A stretch of DNA of 64,000 nucleotides from a virus, in IMG/VR virus record IMGVR_UViG_3300037041_002705, positions 69,674 to 133,673 of that record. The stretch is one strand, 5' to 3'. A program made the position numbers and the translations under genes. This document shows, one piece after another, positions 1-8,212 of this stretch (its first letter is position 1; each line of letters begins with the position of its first letter). The notes beneath the pieces were generated by a model, which saw only the letters and a list, made by a program, of their open reading frames with translations, did not search any database and was not told where the DNA came from.

Positions 1-954
1 TGCTCAACCACAGAAACCTATGCAAACGCAGACAATAGTATAGTCGTACAAGTCACCATGAAGGAATACTCTCTTAAGACAGATGATGGCCACAAGCTCA
101 TCGTTGAAGTCGACAACACAGAGGTTGCATTCTTGGAAAAAGACAGAGAGTTCTGTGAAGGCCTATCAAACAGAATAATTCAGACGTGCTACCAAAGGGC
201 AAGCCAGTTCATCGATGAGGATTCTCCGATCATTGGAATAATAGGATCAACGCCGGAAGGAATGTACGTCAAGGAGTATAATCTTGGAAAGGGCGCAAAG
301 AACCTTTCTGACAAAGAGCTAGACATCCACTATGGAGACGGTTTCTCTGACTTCCACACAAAGCTGACGTCTCTTCTAAAGTCAGACAGCAAAGGCCTGA
401 TAATATTCCACGGACAGCCTGGAACTGGAAAGACGTACTACATAAGGATGCTTCTTAAGGACCTTGTAAAGAGTAAAAAGAATGTCCTCTATGTGCCATC
501 AAACTTCATTGATTCATTCCTTGATCCAAGCTTCATAACATTCCTGTCTGATTGGATCCTTGAACAGAACAACCCAACAATAATTCTCCTTGAGGATGCT
601 GAGTGTCTCGTTGAGAGCCGTGATTCTGGCGTCAGAAGCCTTGGCATATCAAACCTTCTGAACATAACAGATGGTATTCTCAATGACATATTGGGCACAC
701 AGATAATACTGACATTCAACACAAACCTTGACTACATAGACTCTGCTCTTCTTAGGCCTGAGAGGCTTCTTGCAAGAAAAGAGTTTACAAACCTAAGTAA
801 GGAAGAGTCATCAAGGCTGATTGAACACTTGGGAATAGACCACGATGCTGGCAATGACATGTCTCTTGCTGACATCTATTCACTAAAGAACAACAGGACT
901 GTTCTGTATCACAACATAAAGGAAAAGAAGTCTAAGGTGGGGTTTGTCATATGA
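1..954 (+). CDS. AAA+ ATPase (probably 5'-truncated by the window edge)
   Basis: Walker A GQPGTGKT, Walker B ILLEDAE, second region of homology TFN...IDSALLRPERL; the frame is open from base 1 to the ATG at 58, so the true start may lie upstream of the window. Confidence 0.85.
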   Translation, partial: CSTTETYANADNSIVVQVTMKEYSLKTDDGHKLIVEVDNTEVAFLEKDREFCEGLSNRIIQTCYQRASQFIDEDSPIIGIIGSTPEGMYVKEYNLGKGAKNLSDKELDIHYGDGFSDFHTKLTSLLKSDSKGLIIFHGQPGTGKTYYIRMLLKDLVKSKKNVLYVPSNFIDSFLDPSFITFLSDWILEQNNPTIILLEDAECLVESRDSGVRSLGISNLLNITDGILNDILGTQIILTFNTNLDYIDSALLRPERLLARKEFTNLSKEESSRLIEHLGIDHDAGNDMSLADIYSLKNNRTVLYHNIKEKKSKVGFVI

Positions 955-1463
955 GAAAAATAGTGCTGTGCGGGGCTTCATGTTCAGGAAAAACCACAAT
1001 AAAACAGAACCTTGTTGATAAAGGTTTTAAGCCTGGTATTTCTTACACAACCCGTGAAATAAGAGAGGGTGAAATAGATGGGGTTGATTATAGATTTGTA
1101 TCAAAGGAAACGTTTTCTGACCTCATAAGTAAAGGTGCATTCTTTGAATACGATGATACATTCGATGATTACTACGGAACCTCAAATGATGATTTTGAGA
1201 ACTGTGATGTTTTCATACTAACGCCAAAGGCCATAGAAAAATTGAAGACAACAGGGCTCATATCAAAATGCGTAATCGTTTATCTTATGGCACCGATACA
1301 TGTAAGAATAAAAAGGGCGACAGAGCGCGGTGATTCCATTGGAAAGATGCTACATAGGATATCAAATGATTCTGCTGCATTTGCTGGGTTCACAGATTAT
1401 GACCTTGCGATTGAGACAAAAGAAGGAAACATGGAAGAAGTCATAAACATAATACATCAATAA
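951..1463 (+). CDS. gmk: Guanylate kinase-like nucleoside monophosphate kinase
   Basis: P-loop GASCSGKTT, signature SYTTREIREGEIDGVDYRFVS, YYGT motif. Confidence 0.9.
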   Translation: MRKIVLCGASCSGKTTIKQNLVDKGFKPGISYTTREIREGEIDGVDYRFVSKETFSDLISKGAFFEYDDTFDDYYGTSNDDFENCDVFILTPKAIEKLKTTGLISKCVIVYLMAPIHVRIKRATERGDSIGKMLHRISNDSAAFAGFTDYDLAIETKEGNMEEVINIIHQ

Positions 1464-2110
1464 TGAAAAACCCACAGCTTCCAACAGTTGCAGTAATAAC
1501 TCCAACATACAAGAGGGCAACGAAGATAATTGATAGGTGTGTTAGGTCCGTTCAGGGACAGACATACAATGGTCCTGTTATGCACATAATATGTTCTGAT
1601 GGCCCAGAAGAGGAACATGTAAGAGAGTACGTTGATTCATTGAATGACCCAGGAGTAATTTATGTGTCAACCGGTGAAAACACGAACTCCTATGGAGGAG
1701 GCGTTAGGGAGTATGTTCTTACAAATTATATAGAGCCCTTTGAGTATTCCAACATAGAGTACCTTGTTCACATGGATGATGACAACGTCCTTTTTCCACA
1801 CTTCATAGAAGATAATGTGAATGCCCTTGAGGCAAACCCGGACAAGGCATTCTCGATATGTAAGATACTCCATCTGGGACCTCTTCCGCAACACCTTGGC
1901 CCTGCACCACAAGTCATAAATGGTGTGCCACCAGTGTTCCAGAACATAGATACACTCCAAGTTGTGGTTCGACGTGAAGCAATGCTACAATGCAGATGGA
2001 ACACATTCTCTGGCGAACAGGGGTACTATAACGATGGATACACATATGATCGTTTGGGAAAGATGTTTGAATGGGTTGAAATACCAGAGCTTTTAGCAGT
2101 TCACATCTAG
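1463..2110 (+). CDS. Glycosyltransferase family 2 (GT-A fold)
   Basis: N-terminal VAVITPTYKR, SVQGQTY, IICSDG, DxD motif HMDDDN. Confidence 0.85.
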   Translation: MKNPQLPTVAVITPTYKRATKIIDRCVRSVQGQTYNGPVMHIICSDGPEEEHVREYVDSLNDPGVIYVSTGENTNSYGGGVREYVLTNYIEPFEYSNIEYLVHMDDDNVLFPHFIEDNVNALEANPDKAFSICKILHLGPLPQHLGPAPQVINGVPPVFQNIDTLQVVVRREAMLQCRWNTFSGEQGYYNDGYTYDRLGKMFEWVEIPELLAVHI

Positions 2111-2115
2111 GCAGT

Positions 2116-2124
2116 GATATATAG
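2116..2124 (+). promoter_or_regulatory. Putative late promoter GATATATAG
   Basis: RATATATA motif 4 nt before ATG 2129; the same motif precedes seven other transcription units. Confidence 0.65.
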
Positions 2125-2128
2125 GTTC

Positions 2129-2956
2129 ATGAGGACCTTAATCCTGGAAAAAGCAACAGAGATAACGTACTACGTTCCATTTTCACGTTCATTCAATGTG
2201 TTGATGGATGGCTTTTCCACAAGAGAAATAGATGACATAAGAGCCCTTCTTTCTGGATCACAACCAAAGAATTCAGACCTCTATTCAACACAGATAACAT
2301 TTGATAGAGATGCCTTAGTCTCCATGCTTAGCACGGGAAAAAAGGATCTTGGATCTGCAGTAGATTCAATTGAGATAAGAACAAACATTGATACTGATCC
2401 AGTAACGGATGATGTTGCAGAAATAATCTCATCAAAGATAAACAACCAAATATCCCTGAGAAAAAAGGCACAGTCGACAGCTGCTCAAGATAACAACCCA
2501 GTTCTTTCTGAGCCATCAGATGCAGCAAAGCTTTCCGTTTCACAGAGGCTCGTTGACATGATAAAGGGATTTGAAGGGTTTAGACAATATCCTTACACAT
2601 GTCCTGGAGGAGCGTTGACCATAGGATATGGAACAACAATGAAGCCTGGCCAGTACACATCAATGACAAAGGAACAAGCAGAGGCTCTACTAAGAAGATC
2701 CATATCTGGGTTTGAGAAATCTGTAAAGAGTTTGGTCAAGGTTCCATTAAGCCAAAACCAATATGAGGCCCTTGTTTCGTTCACATATAATGTCGGCGCT
2801 GGTGCATTAAAGAGAAGCACACTACTCAGTAAGCTAAATGCTGGAGACTACCAAGGCGCAGCCGATGAACTACTAAGATTTACAAAATCAAAAGGAAAGG
2901 TTCTTCAGGGGCTTGTCAAAAGAAGAGAAAAAGAGCGCGCGCTCTTTCTAGCATAA
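2129..2956 (+). CDS. GH24 (T4-lysozyme-like) muramidase with an N-terminal extension of about 130 aa
   Basis: IKGFEGFRQYPYTCPGGALTIGYG (E-x8-C-x5-T triad), QNQYEALVSFTYNVG, GLVKRREKERALF; start moved from GTG 2114 to ATG 2129 because the promoter motif overlaps the longer start. Confidence 0.9.
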   Translation: MRTLILEKATEITYYVPFSRSFNVLMDGFSTREIDDIRALLSGSQPKNSDLYSTQITFDRDALVSMLSTGKKDLGSAVDSIEIRTNIDTDPVTDDVAEIISSKINNQISLRKKAQSTAAQDNNPVLSEPSDAAKLSVSQRLVDMIKGFEGFRQYPYTCPGGALTIGYGTTMKPGQYTSMTKEQAEALLRRSISGFEKSVKSLVKVPLSQNQYEALVSFTYNVGAGALKRSTLLSKLNAGDYQGAADELLRFTKSKGKVLQGLVKRREKERALFLA

Positions 2957-2972
2957 TTTTTCTAAAACAACT

Positions 2973-2981
2973 GATATATAG
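2973..2981 (+). promoter_or_regulatory. Putative late promoter GATATATAG for the protease-capsid operon
   Basis: Intergenic RATATATA motif 35 nt upstream of the prohead protease ATG. Confidence 0.7.
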
Positions 2982-3016
2982 CAAAGGGTTAGAATCCCTA
3001 ACATAAAATAAAAATC

Positions 3017-4888
3017 ATGGATCAACAAGTTCTTCTAATACTTGAGAATTCTACTTCCATTCTTGAATCAAAGAGTGAAGGAAACGGAGATGTTGTTCTC
3101 GAGGGAATATTTGCCCAGTTCGGTGTTGTTAACAACAACGACAGGATCTATGAAGAGAATGAGTACCTTCCACATCTTGACTACTTGAATGATAAGATAA
3201 AGTCAAAGAGACTGATGGGAGAGCTCGACCACCCAGATAAGTTTGATGTGTCTCTTCAGAAGGTTTCGCACATAATCGAAAATCTCGAATACGATAAGTC
3301 ATCTAGGTGCCTCAAGGGAAAGGTAAGACTGCTGAACACAGATGCTGGAATAACAGCAAGAAGGCTTGTTGAAGCCGGTGTTCCTCTCTCAATTTCTTCT
3401 AGGGCTGCAGGCGTTGTTGGTCCAGACAAGAAGGTAAAGCTCAAGAAGATATTTACATATGACCTTGTTGCTGATCCTGGCTTTGAGAATGCACAACTCT
3501 CACTGGTGAATGAATCATTTGGATTCTCAGCCAAGTCAAACCTTCACATCTATGATGTTTCAGAGATGTATGATCCAAACTCGCTATTCCAAGACATTGA
3601 AAACAGAAAAGAACAAAAAAATAACATGAATATGGGCTCACATCTAAAAGATGAAACGGTAAAGGTCTCTGAGCTCAACGAGTACTCAAAGCTTGTTAAG
3701 AATGAGATCGAACTGCTTGAGAAGAAGCTCTCTGGACTTATCAAAAAGGTCAATAAGCTTTCTTCAAATGAGGACACAGTTGCAAAGGTTATTGAATACA
3801 CAAACTATGTAGCTGAAAAGCTCAATGGCACAATAAACTACTGCAACTATCTTTCAGAGAATGTTGACACAAACATCACAGCTGTCAACAAGCTGAAGAG
3901 CAAGGTTTCTGATACGATAGATTATTCAAACTACATTGCAGAAAGGCTCAACCTTTCTGATAGCTATCAGAACTATCTTGCAGAGAACCTGGACAAGAAC
4001 ATATCATTCTCAAACTATATTTCTGAGAAGCTCAATGAGAACATCAACTACAGCAACTACCTTGCAGAGAATCTGAACAGGGCAATTGAATTTGGTGATT
4101 ACCTTGCAGAGAACCTGAATGACTCAATCGGTTACTCAGAGTATCTTGGAGAGAACCTTGATCTTTCGATCAAGCACAATGATTACCTTGCAGAAGCAGT
4201 CAACAAGACTATCGGTTACACCGAGTATGTTGCAGAGCAGACTGACAAGGCGATTCAGTATTCAGACTATGTGGTTGAATCAATCAACGAAAAGGAAAAA
4301 GTAATGAAGACAAAGAGGAAAGAAAAGAAGGCAGCAATGGTTGCTGGTGAAAATCTTTCCGAGAAGGTGAATCATTTGATATCAGAAGCCAAAAAAGAAA
4401 AGGTACAGGTATTGAATGAGTCTGCAAAGTTCCCATTCCTACGTCATCTTTCTCCAGAAAAGAGGAAGCAATTCATCGAACTGCCGGTGACTGAAAAAGA
4501 GATAGTCAACGAAGCCATGAGCAAGTCGATATTCTTCACAGAGAAGGACGTTGTAAACATTTGGGAATCCGCTCTCGCAGCCGCAACGGAGAGGAAGAAT
4601 CTTCCAAAGTGGATCACAGAGATGCCAACGGAGTACGCTCCTGTTTGGGAATCACTGTCACAGGAGAGCCGTCAACGTATAGCGTCTCAGGCCCAATACA
4701 TAAAGCTTGATACGCCTTATCAGATCAGGAACTTCTGGGCCACAAGGCCAGATGTAGTCAACTTCAACGGCAACGTCACAGAGACGCTCAATGAGTCGGT
4801 CAATCCGTACACAACGATCGAAACTGTGAAGAACAGCAATTCCTCATACATCGAAAGTGTAAGGAAGAGCTTGATTGGTAAATTGTAA
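3017..4888 (+). CDS. gp21: Prohead protease (T4 gp21-like) fused to a scaffold/core-like coiled-coil repeat region
   Basis: LEGIF, NNNDRIY, GELDHP, VSH, ISSRAAG, TYDLVADPGF match T4 gp21-type motifs; followed by 14-aa NYLAENL repeats; directly upstream of the major capsid gene. Confidence 0.9.
   Translation: MDQQVLLILENSTSILESKSEGNGDVVLEGIFAQFGVVNNNDRIYEENEYLPHLDYLNDKIKSKRLMGELDHPDKFDVSLQKVSHIIENLEYDKSSRCLKGKVRLLNTDAGITARRLVEAGVPLSISSRAAGVVGPDKKVKLKKIFTYDLVADPGFENAQLSLVNESFGFSAKSNLHIYDVSEMYDPNSLFQDIENRKEQKNNMNMGSHLKDETVKVSELNEYSKLVKNEIELLEKKLSGLIKKVNKLSSNEDTVAKVIEYTNYVAEKLNGTINYCNYLSENVDTNITAVNKLKSKVSDTIDYSNYIAERLNLSDSYQNYLAENLDKNISFSNYISEKLNENINYSNYLAENLNRAIEFGDYLAENLNDSIGYSEYLGENLDLSIKHNDYLAEAVNKTIGYTEYVAEQTDKAIQYSDYVVESINEKEKVMKTKRKEKKAAMVAGENLSEKVNHLISEAKKEKVQVLNESAKFPFLRHLSPEKRKQFIELPVTEKEIVNEAMSKSIFFTEKDVVNIWESALAAATERKNLPKWITEMPTEYAPVWESLSQESRQRIASQAQYIKLDTPYQIRNFWATRPDVVNFNGNVTETLNESVNPYTTIETVKNSNSSYIESVRKSLIGKL
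3797..4300 (+). repeat. About 12 tandem 42-bp (14-aa) imperfect coding repeats, consensus YSNYLAENLNxxIx
   Basis: YTNYVAEKLNGTIN / YCNYLSENVDTNIT / YSNYIAERLNLSDS / YQNYLAENLDKNIS / YSNYLAENLNRAIE / FGDYLAENLNDSIG etc. Confidence 0.85.
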
Positions 4889-4914
4889 AACAAAATTTCA
4901 AAAAAACACAAAAA

Positions 4915-6735
4915 ATGAATCTACAGCTTTTGAATGAAGCACAGATCATCAATGAGTGGACACCAATGCTCGAGTCAGTAGGCGTCAAGGACGGCTACAA
5001 GAAGAACTGGATGTCAAAGTACTGCCACTATCATCAGATGAACGAAAGCTTCGTAAACGAATCTTTCCAAGGCACAGGCCTTGCACAGCTTATCAATGTT
5101 CCTGGTCAAGGACCAGTAAACATGGGTACAGCAATGACGACACCTGCAAACTTCTACAACACATCGTACCAAGGATCAGGTGATAAGTTCCCATCGCTTC
5201 TTCCGCTTGCAATCCAGGTTGCAGCAAAGACGGTTGGTTTTGACATCGTTTCTGTTATCCCGATGCCAGGTCCAACAGGCATCCTTCCTTACCTTGACTA
5301 CATCTATGCAGGCGGTAAGGTTGATCTTGATGGCACAACAAACTCAAATGCTACACAGCCTTTGATGATCAGCATTGCAGCTACATCGGTCTACGATGAT
5401 CCAACAGTTGGTGACACATACTATGCTGCACCTCTTCAGGCTGCTGCAGACACATCAAGCGCAACAGGTTACTCTGTAACTCTTGCTGCTGACGTTGCTG
5501 CAAAGCTTATCTATGTTGGTAAGTCATTTGTAACAGGTGATCTTATCTTCCGTGTTACATCAACAGGCAACGTTTCTTCAGCTGGTGCTTACACAGCAGG
5601 TGCAGACACGAACACAGTAACGATTGCTCAAGTTTTTGATGTAGGCTCAGGCAACACATTCTCATCTATCCTTGGTGAAGCTAGCACAAACACTGCAAGC
5701 GATGAAGCATATGCTTCAGCAAACGGTACAACGGCTAGCCCATTCCGCCCAGGTTATGTGAGCGCCCTTGAGAACCACATCTATGGCTTCTCAGGTGCAG
5801 GTGCAAATGACACAAACACTTGGAACGGTCCATTCACAGATGGTACAAAGGCATACGATCCAATGAGCAGGGGCACAGGTGAAGAAACCTACCCACGCGC
5901 AATGGGCATCCAGACGTTCACAAAGAACGTACAAGCTGGTACATTCCAGGTAACGATCAGCGTAACAACTGAGCAGATCCAGGACATGAACCGCCAGTTC
6001 GGTATCGATATCCTTGCGATGGCAGAAGGCGTACTTGTTAATGAGGTATCTCAGTCAATCAACAAGCACATCCTTTCACGCGCATTCGCTCTTGGATGGC
6101 AGAATAACTATGATGTTTATCAGACACAAGGCTTCACACTGAACCTTTCGCTTGATCCAACACAGACAGCTTCTGCAACATCGTCATCGTACATCGGCAA
6201 GACAAACGGAGCTCTTACATGGAATAACAACATTCCAGCGTATGCAGATTACGGAAACTTCGAGAACCTCTCGACAGCACAACAGCGCATCGTCAGCAAG
6301 ATCCACGCTGCTTCAAACCTCGTCCACACACGTGGTCGTCGTGGCCCAGCGAACTTTGTTGTAACGAACGCTCAAGTTCTGTCAGCTCTTAACATCGTTA
6401 AGGGATTCTCGCTTGCTCCATTCGATAACACGCTCAACCAGTCAAGCGGTCAGCTGTACCCAGCAGGCACGCTGTTTGGAATGACAGTATATGTTGATCC
6501 AAACATGACATGGAATGACACACGCGTTCTCGTTGGCCGTAAGGGTGCTGACATCGAGCCAGGCATCAAGTTCATGCCTTACCTCATGGCAGAGTCTATC
6601 AGCACAATCGCTGAAGGCACAATGTCACCTAAGATTGCTGTCAAGAGCCGTTACGCTCTTGTTGAGGCTGGCTTCTATCCAGAAGCTCAGTACTATGCAT
6701 TCTGGGTTGAAACACCTGCTGCAGGTATCGTCTAA
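4915..6735 (+). CDS. gp23: Major capsid protein (T4 gp23-like) with Ala/Thr-rich insertion
   Basis: DIVSVIPMPGPTG, TTEQIQDM, NEVSQSINK, RGRRGPANFVV, GIKFMPY, TMSPKIAVKSRYAL are gp23-family motifs; strongly biased codon usage; followed by a terminator. Confidence 0.95.
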   Translation: MNLQLLNEAQIINEWTPMLESVGVKDGYKKNWMSKYCHYHQMNESFVNESFQGTGLAQLINVPGQGPVNMGTAMTTPANFYNTSYQGSGDKFPSLLPLAIQVAAKTVGFDIVSVIPMPGPTGILPYLDYIYAGGKVDLDGTTNSNATQPLMISIAATSVYDDPTVGDTYYAAPLQAAADTSSATGYSVTLAADVAAKLIYVGKSFVTGDLIFRVTSTGNVSSAGAYTAGADTNTVTIAQVFDVGSGNTFSSILGEASTNTASDEAYASANGTTASPFRPGYVSALENHIYGFSGAGANDTNTWNGPFTDGTKAYDPMSRGTGEETYPRAMGIQTFTKNVQAGTFQVTISVTTEQIQDMNRQFGIDILAMAEGVLVNEVSQSINKHILSRAFALGWQNNYDVYQTQGFTLNLSLDPTQTASATSSSYIGKTNGALTWNNNIPAYADYGNFENLSTAQQRIVSKIHAASNLVHTRGRRGPANFVVTNAQVLSALNIVKGFSLAPFDNTLNQSSGQLYPAGTLFGMTVYVDPNMTWNDTRVLVGRKGADIEPGIKFMPYLMAESISTIAEGTMSPKIAVKSRYALVEAGFYPEAQYYAFWVETPAAGIV

Positions 6736-6760
6736 TCTAGAACAAAATCTAGGTAGTAAT

Positions 6761-6791
6761 AACCCCTCTGGTTCTCCAGAGGGGTTTTTTT
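6761..6791 (+). terminator. Rho-independent terminator after the major capsid gene
   Basis: Stem AACCCCTCTGG-ttct-CCAGAGGGGTT followed by a T run. Confidence 0.9.
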
Positions 6792-6827
6792 ATTATGGGG
6801 GGATTGTGGATGACAACAACACAAAAT

Positions 6828-6853
6828 AAAAAAGGGAACCAAATGGCTCCCTT
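6828..6853 (-). terminator. Rho-independent terminator for the two minus-strand genes
   Basis: On the minus strand GGGAGCC-attt-GGTTCCC-TTTTTT. Confidence 0.75.
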
Positions 6854-6877
6854 CTTGATTACTTATTGATGGTTCTT

Positions 6878-7396
6878 TTATGCCCTGTGCTTCATGTAGT
6901 CCCTGAGGGTTGAAAGGTAATCATCTGCAAGTGTCACCTTGCTCTGAATCCAATCTTCTATGGAATCAAGGCCTTCGACCATCTGTATGAGTTCTTCTGC
7001 ATTCTCAATGATGTTCTTCAGTTGGTACTGGATCATCTTTGATTCTGGCTCATGCGCTTCTGGTGCATCCGATCCTGTTGACCTCATAGGAGAGTGTGAA
7101 GTGACATGAACGATCTCTTCTTCTCCTTCTTCTGGGCCAAACTCCATCTCATCTTCTATTTCAAGCTCATCATCCTTTTCACTTAGGAATTGTTCAAATG
7201 TAGCAAGGTTTGACTCCTTGACCTTTGTTGGAAGGCCCTTGTGCTTTGTTGAAGCATACTTTTCTAGCTCCTTTTCAGACATGGACTTTGCAAGGTCCTT
7301 CACCTTTTGGCTGACCTTTGATGCAGGAACTTCACCCCTCTTGAAAGCAAGCGCTAGTCCCATTATCTTTTGTTGTTGTTGTGATCTTGCTGGCAT
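6878..7396 (-). CDS. DUF3008-like domain fused to an acidic linker and a helical domain; probable head-associated protein
   Basis: MPARSQQQQKIMGLALAFKRGE...MSEKELEKYASTKHKGLP is the DUF3008 pattern; C-terminal EDWIQSKVTLADDYL; start placed at MPARS (7396). Confidence 0.75.
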   Translation of the reverse strand: MPARSQQQQKIMGLALAFKRGEVPASKVSQKVKDLAKSMSEKELEKYASTKHKGLPTKVKESNLATFEQFLSEKDDELEIEDEMEFGPEEGEEEIVHVTSHSPMRSTGSDAPEAHEPESKMIQYQLKNIIENAEELIQMVEGLDSIEDWIQSKVTLADDYLSTLRDYMKHRA

Positions 7397-7409
7397 ATGA
7401 AATGTTTTT

Positions 7410-7721
7410 TTATTCAAAAAATCTATCTAGGTCACCTTCGGTGTCAATAGAATTGAGTGATCTTCTCAGATTCCTCTTCTCGTAGTCCATCTCCTTTAGG
7501 ATTTCGTCTCTTTCCTTTAGGAACCTTTCTACCTTCTGTTCTATCTGCTTCCTCTCCTTGCTTTCGATCTCGTGTTTACCGGCCTTATCAAAGAGTTCAA
7601 TCACACTTCTCTGGATCTCCTGAAGCTCAAGCTCAAGCTTATGGACCTTGTTAAGCTCCTTAAGTGCCTTGTACCCCTCATTTGATTCATTTATGCTCTT
7701 GATCTCTAAAAAGGTTTTCAC
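7410..7721 (-). CDS. Hypothetical coiled-coil protein with capsid-targeting-like N-terminus
   Basis: 103-aa ORF starting MKTFLEIKSINES, fills the gap, preceded by the promoter motif on the same strand. Confidence 0.7.
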   Translation of the reverse strand: MKTFLEIKSINESNEGYKALKELNKVHKLELELQEIQRSVIELFDKAGKHEIESKERKQIEQKVERFLKERDEILKEMDYEKRNLRRSLNSIDTEGDLDRFFE

Positions 7722-7735
7722 AAAATAGAGTTTTT

Positions 7736-7744
7736 CTATATATT
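7736..7744 (-). promoter_or_regulatory. Putative late promoter AATATATAG (minus strand)
   Basis: ctatatatt on the + strand is AATATATAG on the minus strand, 14 nt upstream of the GTG at 7721. Confidence 0.6.
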
Positions 7745-7750
7745 AGGCAT

Positions 7751-8182
7751 ATGAAAAAAACCTTTCGAGCCCCGGCAAGCCCATTCATGTACCGCCAGGA
7801 GGTCTACCAGGATGATCCCTGGAAGATGCTATTGATATGCATGATGCTCAACCAGACCTGCTACAAACAGGTTGATAAGGTAAGGGATGCATTCTTTGAT
7901 AGGTTTCCTACGCCGGAGGACCTGCTCGCTGCAACCGATGATGAGATCATACAAATAATACGCCCTCTTGGGTTCTACAACAGAAGAGCCAAACAATGGA
8001 AGAAGTTTTCAAAGGAGTGGCTGTCTTGGGATGGGTCCAATGTCACAGATCTTTCTGGCGTTGGAAAGTATGCGTCAGACTCCTGGAAGATATTTCAAGA
8101 AGGGGTGTACTCCATAACTGTTGAGGATAAGGAGCTGAAGAAATACCTTCAGTGGATAAATGAAAGTGGATACAACAAATAA
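7751..8182 (+). CDS. MBD4-like HhH-GPD DNA glycosylase (stand-alone catalytic domain)
   Basis: SPFMYRQE...DPWKMLLICMMLNQT...PLGFYNRRAK...LSGVGKYASDSWKIF...VEDKELKKYLQW aligns by eye with the MBD4 glycosylase domain, including the catalytic Asp. Confidence 0.88.
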   Translation: MKKTFRAPASPFMYRQEVYQDDPWKMLLICMMLNQTCYKQVDKVRDAFFDRFPTPEDLLAATDDEIIQIIRPLGFYNRRAKQWKKFSKEWLSWDGSNVTDLSGVGKYASDSWKIFQEGVYSITVEDKELKKYLQWINESGYNK

Positions 8183-8212
8183 CAATGCTAAAACAATGGA
8201 GATAGAACAGGC

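Noticed and set aside
1-600. CpG under-representation as a footprint of cytosine modification
   Set aside because: A rough hand count (about 15 CpG in 600 nt) hints at mild depletion, but I cannot compute the expectation properly and AGA/AGG and NCA codon preferences would explain it.
730-780. RPERL instead of the usual RPGR in the AAA ATPase as a sign of inactivation
   Set aside because: Both arginines and the Walker motifs are intact; a single substitution is not evidence of a pseudogene.
3797-4300. 42-bp periodicity as a non-coding repeat array
   Set aside because: Conservation is at the amino-acid level with synonymous variation, so it is a protein repeat.
6515-6829. Alternative-frame ORF running past the capsid stop (possible programmed frameshift extension)
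   Set aside because: No slippery sequence near the capsid stop, and the extension would run through the terminator.
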